Of a DNA stretch of 52,777 nt, positions 8,728 to 18,300 are shown piece after piece; position 1 is the stretch's first letter, and every line of letters begins with the position of its first letter. Below the pieces are notes generated by a model that was not told the DNA's origin, did no database searches, and saw only the letters and a list, made by a program, of their open reading frames with translations. This stretch comes from a virus (Duplodnaviria > Caudoviricetes), in the IMG/VR virus record IMGVR_UViG_3300033273_000162, positions 1 to 52,777 of that record; one strand, 5' to 3'. The position numbers and the translations under genes were made by a program.

Positions 8728-10841
8728 TAGTAGCTACCGATGCCTCCGTCAGATGCAGAGGAGTCTGCAAGACCTTCACCTGCGTAGTCACCGTAGATAG
8801 TATTACCATATGCCATAACACCAGGAGCAGACTTATAGGTATTGCCAGTATATGTCATGTATGTTCTTGGTGTTACACCAGCACCCATCATGTCTCCTCC
8901 TGGTTGTCCTGTTCCAGAAGACGCTCCTGGGATACCCTTACGATAAGTTAGAGTGCCATCCGCAAATCTGATGGCATCTTGATAGTAGAAGAAAATCCAA
9001 GCGTTGTTGTTCTGTGCTCCGTTGTAGTTTGAAATACTATATCCTTTGTTCATTCCAGTGTGCATGTTTTCTTCACCACCATTTTCTGGTTTAGACATGC
9101 CACTTCTCAAGATAACAGCATCATTGTCTCTTCTCTTGGTAACGTTTCTGTTGGTATTACCAGCTTCTGAACAATAGAAGAATCCAATTCTAGTTGCAAG
9201 GTGTTTGTTAAATCCGTCATTACCAGGAGCAGGAGAATAATTACTCCAAGAAGAATAACTTTCATTAGAGAATGCAAATCTATGCTGCCCAGAAGAAACC
9301 CAAGAGTAGTATTCACCTTCTGCGTGTGATACGTGATTGACGTTACCACCAACTTCAGAAAGCATTGACTCTGTATTCAAGTCATGACGAGATGTGTTAC
9401 CATTGTTAGAGGTAATGTATGCTCTGTTTCTACCTCCATTTGTTCTCCACTGGTTACCCATGAAATCTTGCCATGCTCCAGAGTATCTTCTTGCTCTAGT
9501 ATCATTCCAAGAAGAGTTCTGACCTCTGTTAGTTTCAGTAACCATACTGAAAGAACATGTGGTTGCATCATTGGGCAACCAGGAGTTAGCGCAGTTATAA
9601 ACAAACAAATTGACACCATTGTGAGAACCGCCAATGTATGCTGCAGTTCTGTCGATGATATCACCTAGAGAGATAGTGACATCAGATGGGTGAGAAGTTC
9701 TGTTTCCATTTCTCCATGGAGCAGCATTCTTATATCCAGCAACTGTGTATCCTCTGTTGATGATATAACGGAATGGATATTGATCTGGGTTCTCTAGTCT
9801 GTAGTTTGCGTCTAGATCGTGTGTCCAGTAGGCGACATACTTAGAACCATCCCATCTTGTTCTTAGAACAGAACCGTCTGTTTGTGCATTCTGTTCTGGA
9901 AGAGTTTCGAATGCGGATCCATTCTGATATAGTTCTCCAGTAAAATTAACATTACCGTTAATGTTTAAAGCATAAGAACCATTTGTATTGCCTTTTATAC
10001 CAACATTACCGCCAGTATCCAATTGCAATGCTAGTGTTCCAGCGTCATTTCCACCACCAGTGTAGAAATCTAGACCAGTACCACCAGTTCTAAATCTTGC
10101 ATTATGTCCGTTTGCTAGAGGACAAATCCAAACAAAGTCTGTATTATCATTATTTTGAATCATCAATGCTGGTGACCAAGATGATGGATATGATCCAAAA
10201 CTGATTAGACCTTGACCTCTATTGTAGATTGTTAATTGTCTAGTGCCACCGCTAGTGCCATCTGTTGCAACACTAAATCTACTAATTGGTTTTTCATATA
10301 CTCCAGTATATCCACCAGATGGTTGCAACACTAAATTGTAAGCATTACCATTATTTTGGTGACGTGATTGTAACCAAGTATATTGAGGAGATGTATTTGA
10401 CTGAACACCAATATTTAAATGGATACCAGTTCCTCTAGATCCAATAACCATCGATCCATTTGGATTTGATGATAGTGAATTTGGATCTTCTCCGCCATTT
10501 GTTCTTCCAAATACTTGGAGTGGAACATTATCATTTCCTACTTGTCTGTTGCTTTCTCCAACAGAAGTTGTTCCTGTAAATGGGGTGAGGTTAGTAAATC
10601 CAGTTGCATCAACTGAAATCATTGGTGCTCCTGAAATATCAGTAGCAGCAAAAGTGGTTCCAGAAGAAATGTTATCGTCTATCGAGAATAACTGTCCACT
10701 ATTTCCTTCAAAAGAAAGACTATTATCATCGAGCACACGAAGCTTAATCGGTGAATTATCTTGACCGACAAAACTAATTTCTGGTATATTTCCTGTGCCT
10801 TTATGCGGCGTTATAAGGATATCCTTATCAGAATTCGCCAT
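8727..10841 (-). CDS. Virion fibre-like structural protein (704 aa) with a probable C-terminal beta-propeller
   Basis: N-terminal ANSDKDILITP...LSFEGNSGQLFSI...DISGAP anchor, GNVGI and VNFTGELYQNG fibre motifs, then RGYTVAGYKN/KGY repeats. G/S/N/T-rich. Preceded by a perfect late promoter. Confidence 0.75.
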   Translation of the reverse strand: MANSDKDILITPHKGTGNIPEISFVGQDNSPIKLRVLDDNSLSFEGNSGQLFSIDDNISSGTTFAATDISGAPMISVDATGFTNLTPFTGTTSVGESNRQVGNDNVPLQVFGRTNGGEDPNSLSSNPNGSMVIGSRGTGIHLNIGVQSNTSPQYTWLQSRHQNNGNAYNLVLQPSGGYTGVYEKPISRFSVATDGTSGGTRQLTIYNRGQGLISFGSYPSSWSPALMIQNNDNTDFVWICPLANGHNARFRTGGTGLDFYTGGGNDAGTLALQLDTGGNVGIKGNTNGSYALNINGNVNFTGELYQNGSAFETLPEQNAQTDGSVLRTRWDGSKYVAYWTHDLDANYRLENPDQYPFRYIINRGYTVAGYKNAAPWRNGNRTSHPSDVTISLGDIIDRTAAYIGGSHNGVNLFVYNCANSWLPNDATTCSFSMVTETNRGQNSSWNDTRARRYSGAWQDFMGNQWRTNGGRNRAYITSNNGNTSRHDLNTESMLSEVGGNVNHVSHAEGEYYSWVSSGQHRFAFSNESYSSWSNYSPAPGNDGFNKHLATRIGFFYCSEAGNTNRNVTKRRDNDAVILRSGMSKPENGGEENMHTGMNKGYSISNYNGAQNNNAWIFFYYQDAIRFADGTLTYRKGIPGASSGTGQPGGDMMGAGVTPRTYMTYTGNTYKSAPGVMAYGNTIYGDYAGEGLADSSASDGGIGSY

Positions 10842-10863
10842 TTTATACTAGCCCTTTACTTGG

Positions 10864-10871
10864 TATTTATA
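10864..10871 (-). promoter_or_regulatory. T4 late promoter, perfect TATAAATA
   Basis: Intergenic, 22 nt upstream of the ATG at 10841. Confidence 0.85.
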
Positions 10872-10881
10872 TCTCATGTCA

Positions 10882-11691
10882 CTACACTCCATAGAATTTT
10901 CTCTGTGTATTGTAGAGTAGAGCAACTTCTTGATTGGAAATTTGTCTTTCAAAATACATGAAATGGTTCATGAATCCAGAGAAGTTTCCATAACCACCAG
11001 ACCAACTTCCCCATGTCATAGTTCCACTGGTCCATGGAGTATATGAATTTCTATCGGTAGATGTATTTTTCAGTTCTCCATCGACATAGAAACGAGATTC
11101 CCATGTACCAGCAGATCCACCCCAATACGTTGAATATACGTGATGATGCCAAAGGTTGGTTGATCCACCAGGACCATTAGTTCCTGGTGCATATCCATGA
11201 GAATAGTTTTCTACATTACCAGGAGAATAGTGCAGAACACCAGCATCATCTGCTGTACCACCCCAACACATATAGAAAGAAGTTTGTGCTGAAAACCCTC
11301 CACCATAAATGTTTTCTGCTAGTTGGTACGAACTTCCTCTTCTATACTTAAACCAAGATGAAAAAGTGTAGGAACCAACCCTAGAATCCTGAGACATTGA
11401 TCCATACCAACCAGGATCTCCACCAGCGCCAGCAGCAAGAGCATCTTGGTATGCAACTATTCTTCCGTTCCATGTTGGAAAACTCATCTGTGCATGTCCA
11501 GTAGAGTTTCCTGATGGATACAAATATGGTACGTCAGCAGAACTATCTAGTGGATCATATGCCAAATTATATAATCTGGTAGATGAAGAAACAGATGCTG
11601 CTGGATCCCCCAAACACTTTGGATTATTAACATCGATATATACTTTTAATCCATCGAGTGCTGCAACTTTTGGTCCGAAATATACTGCCAT
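10882..11691 (-). CDS. LamG/concanavalin A-like lectin-fold protein
   Basis: GLKVYIDVNNPKC, YTFSSWFK, NLWHHHVYS, RFYVDGEL, YFERQISNQEVALLYNTQRKFYGV. Confidence 0.8.
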   Translation of the reverse strand: MAVYFGPKVAALDGLKVYIDVNNPKCLGDPAASVSSSTRLYNLAYDPLDSSADVPYLYPSGNSTGHAQMSFPTWNGRIVAYQDALAAGAGGDPGWYGSMSQDSRVGSYTFSSWFKYRRGSSYQLAENIYGGGFSAQTSFYMCWGGTADDAGVLHYSPGNVENYSHGYAPGTNGPGGSTNLWHHHVYSTYWGGSAGTWESRFYVDGELKNTSTDRNSYTPWTSGTMTWGSWSGGYGNFSGFMNHFMYFERQISNQEVALLYNTQRKFYGV

Positions 11692-12353
11692 TATACTCCT
11701 CGTGCAAATAAAGAATCGTGCAATACCTTTGCTTGGGTAGGATTGTATGCTGTATTATTTAATACTCCAGCAACTGCAATTTTGCCTGGTCCTTGTTCTG
11801 TCCAACCAATTCTGTATGTGTTGGTTCCACATCCAACTCTATCACTGGTTCCAACATCAACGCCATTTACATAATGTCTAGATGTTCCTGTATTAGAACT
11901 AGCACTATCACCAGTTCCAACAATAATCCAAGTTTGCCAAACACTCCTAGTAATATCATATCCACTGTCTCGGAAACCATCATTTCTGTTGGAATACATA
12001 CCTAGATTGGTATTACCATTTTGAATAATACCCCAGTGATCGCTATCGCCACGATGCACAGTTCTCCATCCACTATCAGATTGTCTTGGTTTCCATAAGT
12101 AGAACAATGTATAATTTTGTCCTAATGTTAATCTAGTGCTAGTTTCTAGGTATCCTGTGTCCATATTCCAGCAAGCAACACCATCTTGTGTGTCATTACT
12201 CATGGCATATGATCCACTGCTTCTTGCCCAAGACATATTTGGAGCAACTAAGTCATTAATGCTTCCACTAGATGCGGTTTTTGGATTACCCGCATCTATT
12301 AGAGACATTAAATTTTCACTTTGTGGTAATCGTGGTCCGAAATATACTGACAT
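11691..12353 (-). CDS. LamG/concanavalin A-like lectin-fold protein
   Basis: LMSLIDAGNPK, YTLFYLWK, WQTWIIV, HYVNGVDVG, RIG, FARGV terminus; paralogous to its neighbour. Confidence 0.72.
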   Translation of the reverse strand: MSVYFGPRLPQSENLMSLIDAGNPKTASSGSINDLVAPNMSWARSSGSYAMSNDTQDGVACWNMDTGYLETSTRLTLGQNYTLFYLWKPRQSDSGWRTVHRGDSDHWGIIQNGNTNLGMYSNRNDGFRDSGYDITRSVWQTWIIVGTGDSASSNTGTSRHYVNGVDVGTSDRVGCGTNTYRIGWTEQGPGKIAVAGVLNNTAYNPTQAKVLHDSLFARGV

Positions 12354-12356
12354 CTA

Positions 12357-15300
12357 TCAACCCTCCTCTTCTACTGATAGTTCGACTTCAACCTCTAGTG
12401 GATCGATATCCTTACGGGTTCCTTGGACGAAGTAGAAGGATTCTCCTCCACCAATGAAGATCTTATTATCTTCAATCTTCTCAACCCATGCATGATGATC
12501 ACCGATTGGAGTGAGTTGAACTGTGATGCTGTCCTCATCAACGAGAGCAGTCCAGTATTCTGGAAGTTCAACAACATCACTTGCCTTACCACGAACATAG
12601 ACGCCATGCTCAGGACCTTCAAGAGATCCATAACGTAGTTCGTGATTTTCCTTAGTTGGGTGAGGAATTACGAACGACTTGCTGGTAGCACCAAACGAAC
12701 CATTTACATAAAGTTTGTAACTGGTGTTTGTGTTGCTCTGGTTGATCGCAACGTTCTGACTTGCGTCCATGACAAGGGCAGTTGGACCGCCATTTGTCTT
12801 GAAGTGCCACTTGCGATTACCATCAATACGCTCGACGATATCACCAACTGCAGTTCCAGGACCATAGTTGCCTGCGCTATTACAATATGCCATTCTATAA
12901 CCAATAGTAGTGCTACCATTTTTGTGAATGATAGAACTATAACCACCAGATTGACCTGCAATGGTAATACCATCACTATTATCTGCAGGAAGATCAAATC
13001 TAGATGTTCTATTATTGAATACGCGGAAGATACTCGTAGTAAAGTTAGTGTTATAAACACCTAAGAGTTCAGTACCAGTTGTACTATTTGTAGTAGAGAA
13101 CCTTGCGTTCCAGGAAGAACCAGATCCTCTAAACTGAAGACCACCAGCAAAAGTAAAGTATTTGTTGCTAGCAGAAACGTTGATTGCATTATCAACAGAT
13201 GGATTTAAAGTCAGCGTACCAGTCATGGTATCGCCAGACTTCAATACGTTGAGAGAAGCAGCACCAGTTAGATTACCGCTGATTGTTCCTGCAGTGAAGT
13301 TGCCATTGGCATCACGAAGAACAGCGGTATTTGCTACATTGTTGCTAGCAAATGTAATGTTACCAGCGTTCCAAATAACTTGGTTGTTGATTGTGAAGTT
13401 ATTTGCTCCACCAACCTGAACGTTAAGTGATCCAGATCCAGTTCCAGCATTACCACCAGAAGCAAAGATACCAGCGTTATAAGAAGCAGCAGATGTGGAA
13501 GAGTTGAACAGAACTGCAGGAGTAGAAGCAGTTCCATCCTTTCTTCCAAGTCTCAAGTATGCAGTACCGCCATTACTTTCTAACTTAGCAACATCATATG
13601 TTCCAGTTTCATTGATCCAGAACTCTTGGAATGTAACTCTGTTACCAGCAGTACCAATAGTCTCTGCGGTATTAAATGTACCAGTGTTCAGGTAACCAGT
13701 GATCTGAGTCCAGTTAAGGCTGGTATCACCATCTGGAGATGTGAATGGATTGACATTCAGAATGACAATAGTACCAACACCCTGTGCGTTTGCATCATAT
13801 AGATTGACGGTTTGACCGTTCAGGAATGGAGTGGTAGTTAGTGCTTGTCCAGAAATATAGATGTCATAGTAGGTCTTGTTTGTTACCTGCTTGATTGTAA
13901 TTGCGTTTTGGAATTTCTTCTCGGACAAATATCCATTAATTCTGGTATCACTGATTTGATAGAAGTTAATGTTTCTAGCATCCTGATACCAAGCACCTTG
14001 TCTGTTATCAAGTTTGTCAGAGTCCATTCCAGTACCAGGACCATCGGACAATTGAGTCCAGACCTTATACCAGTTAGACCAAGTTGCAACACCAGTTCCA
14101 CTACCACGTAACCAAACATTATTATTGTCTGTAAATGCAAGTTGTCTTACACCACCATCAGCAGTAGCATCACTACCCTTACCTCTAATGGTCATGACTG
14201 CGTTAGCAGTACCACCATCAGCAAGAACGTTTGCGCTATTGTTGATGAAATTGACAACCGCACCTTCAGAGAAGGTATCTGGAGTAGGATCTGATGTTGG
14301 GTTGGATGTTTGAGATCTTAGTCTTAGTGTATTACCAGACTGTCCAGAAATATTAATATCATAAGAACCAGATAGTCTTAGTTTGTTCAGAGTACCAGAA
14401 GTTATGTTGAATGCATTCTGATAGAATGCGCCCTGCTGACCATCAAGTAAGTCAGCATCAAGACCACTTTGAGATCCTGTCTTCAGTTCAACAGATCCAT
14501 TGCCAACCAATCCAATATTGAATTGAGACTTCTTGAACTTAGCAACACCAACCGTTCCATATGCGTCACCAGAAGTTGTGTTTTCTGTTACTCTCAGGAT
14601 ATCCATTTGGATATCACCAAATCCTCTAATAGCAGTATTAACTTTAGCAGATAGGTTACCAGCAGTTGTTGGATTTCCTAGTGCAGGAGGAATTGTAATA
14701 GCAAAGTCATTCTGGAATCCAGAACCACCAGAAGTAACTACAACACTATCGATAGTTCCATTTCCATCAGTTGTGAAATTAGCATAGAGTCCAGTGCCAG
14801 TACCGCCTTGGATAGGTCCAACATTCTTGAGATCAAGGTTTGCTGTGTATCCAGATCCACCGCTGATGATAACAATATCATCAATGTACTCGTTCTTAGT
14901 ATTATTGGTATCAATAATAATTGGTGGTTCGGGTCTATCAAACTGTAAGAACGTTCCTGCAGGAATTGCTTGAGTCAGTGGATTGTTAATCTCAATTTCA
15001 ATATATCCTGTTTTATCAGTAATCGAACTGACAGTTGTGTTTGGATCAATACCACTATTGGTAGAAGATACTGTATGTCCAACTAAAATATTAGTTCTAG
15101 CAGAAACAGGGAAAGTTAGTTTGTTTCCGCTATTTGCAGCGGCAAGGAATGTTGCTTCGAAGTATCTCTGCTCAGCACCCTTGATCGTTTGAACAGCAGG
15201 AGAATATGTCTGATCACCACGTAGGAAAGTGAAGGAGTTTGCAGCATCCGAGTCGAATGCTAGTCTTGCTGTTGCAATAACACCAGATGTAATATCACCT

Positions 15301-18300
15301 GCTGCAACTTGGTTAGAAGATAGGGATACCCAGTTGAGATCATCGAATGCAGAGGTATTAACAACTCTGTTCAAATTAACAGTTACCGAATTGACATCAT
15401 CAATCGTATCTGTATCTACAATCTTAATGTTATTAACAATGTCACCATATAGTCTGCTCTCAATCAGTGCGTTAGCAGTTGCTTGAGTTCCACCACCAGG
15501 AGGTGCAGAGAATGTGATAGTTGGTGCAGAAGTATAACCATAACCACCTGTGTAACCGTTAGATTCGATGATAGTTACTGTGACAACTTGACCATTTGCA
15601 ATAGTACAAGTCGCTGCAGCGGTAACACCTGTAGATGGCGAAGTAATCGATACAGTTGGAGCTGAAGTATATCCAGAACCAGAATCTGTAATCGAGATAG
15701 AATATACAACACCTTGGCGATATTCTGTGGTCTGAATAGTACCACCGCTATTACTTCCAGTGTAAATGCTTCCAACAGCACCAAAGTCCAGTGCGGCATT
15801 TACAGTGATTCCTAGATATAGACTATCAACATCATTGTCTAGGATATAAGATGCTGCAGGGACAGGTGGATTTGCATTAGGATTTCCCTCAACAATTGCA
15901 ATGTCACCAGCAAGAGCACCCTCTAGTTTCAGTCTTTCTGCATCACTTGCAACAGTGAAGACACTGAATGGTCTGAGTGCTGGAATCTGGTCGATAGAAA
16001 TCTTACCAGAATCAGTAAGTTCAACCAGTGCTCTAGGAACTGGGTTCGTAGAATATGCTTTGTTGATGTATGGACCGAGATTGTTGGTAATATAATCCTT
16101 AACTGCTTTCTGTGTTGGTAGAACACTATTGCTAGATGTTGCACCACCCAAAGTATTGTCATCACTAAATCCAGTAACAACAATGTCACCACCTTTCAGT
16201 TTCAAGAATTCAACTTCAGAGATGGTAACCGTACCAGTAAAGGTAATTGCACCAGTTCTGTTCTCAATCTTAGCGAAGTAACCAACCTTGAAGTCACCTA
16301 GTTCGTCAGTACCAGAAGTATAAACACGACCGTAGTTTTCAGATACCTGCTCATTTGCTTCGATCTTAGTACCGCCGTTTTCTGGTAGTGCATTGTAGTC
16401 AGTACCTGCACCAGCAAATTCCCAAGTGTGGGAAGAACTATTAACAATAGATGGTCTGTGTAGTCTTACAGTAGCACCACTAAATGTTCCTAGGTCTGTA
16501 TTGACAACATTGTTAGTTGATTTATCTCTGAATACTGCTGCCTGATTGACAGTAAATGTTGCAGTGAATGGAGGACCAGAAGTTACATTATTGACACTAT
16601 CAATAAAGTAATCTACTGCAGAGTTCTCGCTCTCATATCCATCAATCTTGAGAATGTAGTGCTCTAGAGGTTCTCTTCCAAGACCACTAACTGTAAATTC
16701 AGTGAATCCTGTACCAGTTGCGGAACCAATTCCAGTGATGTTACCAACGTCGAATGGATACTCTTCTGCTCTATATCCTTTCGCTCTAAGAGCAAATGTA
16801 CCAAAGTTGGTAGCGGAGTTAGTAACAGATGCGTATCCACCACTGTCACAGAAGATACCATCTTGACAGAAGATAACGAAGACCGAAACCAACTGAGTGT
16901 AACCATCATTGACAACCTTGTAACCTGTACCACCAAAGGAAACAATCGTGAATGCCGAAGCAACCATCGATTTGCCCTGTGCTGGGTTAGAAACAGATCC
17001 ATCTTCCTCAATACCTGGGAATGGAACGTTTGGTTTAGCACACTTGTTACCATCGATTTCACAACCATTACCACCCTTGAAGGAGATAATAGAAGAGTTC
17101 TGAATGTATGGAGATGCCTCAATGTATGGTAGATCATCCCATACACCTCTAGGTGTGATATACTTGTTATCTGCGTCGTATAGAATTGCCTGTGTAGGTC
17201 TGTTTGGTGTTGGATCATACAGAGTTCCGTATGTCTGAGTTACACTGCCTCCCGCTAGAATGTCATCTAGAGTCTGGAACGAAGTTGTAATTGCAGTTGC
17301 GACATCGGAACATGCAGGGGATTGACCTTGACCATATACAGAAACTGCTTCTGCAACTTCTGTTCTTACAAACGTATGTACAGACTGTGGTAGGTGCTTA
17401 ACTGCATTTGTTGAAGCAGTAATAAAAGTATGTGTTGTTTGTGGTTCATGCTTGATAGCATTCTGTGCTGCAGCAACAAAAGTATGAGTGGAAGTATCGC
17501 TAGAAGTACCAACGTTAATTGTAAATGTTCCGTCTTGACGCTCAATAGCATTTGCCGCAGCACTTACAAATGTATGTGCTCCAGTGTAGGAAGAAGGACC
17601 AACATTAACATCAAACGTGTTTGGTGTTACGTTAGAAATTTGTAACCAGCGACCAGATGGATAATCATAACCAGCACGAGGATATGTCTTCTGAACACTG
17701 TTGTCATCTAACTCACATGTATAAGTCAAAGATCCATCAGCAACCTTGACATAATCACCATTGCTGAATCCATGATTAGTAACAGTAAATGTTACAATGC
17801 CTGTAGATGCATCATATGGTGCATTTGTTGGTGTATGTTGAGTTGAACCAACGGAAGTGATAGCAATAGACTGACCTGCATAAGGATCAGTTCCAGGACG
17901 AGGATATGTGTGAGTGGAATTATTTCCATCTAAAGCACATGTGAAGGAGAATGAGTTGTCTGTGAGTACAACACTACGTCCAACACCTAGACCATGCTGT
18001 CCTACTGTGACAGTCATGTCACCAGTAATAGGATTGTATGTAGCAGCAGATGGAGTGAAATACTTATTGGGACCAGAGGCACCAACATTTAAAGTAATAG
18101 TTGTATCAGTTTTTGCTGTGATAGGAATAGATCTACCAGCATAAGGATCAATACCAGGACGTGGATATGTCTTCTGCGACTGGTTGTTATCCATGTCACA
18201 GGTGAATGTCAGTGAATTGTCAGCAAGTACAATTCCCTCATCAATATCCAGTGTATGAGTTCCGATTGTTAGTACAAGATCTCCAGTTGCTGGGTCATAT

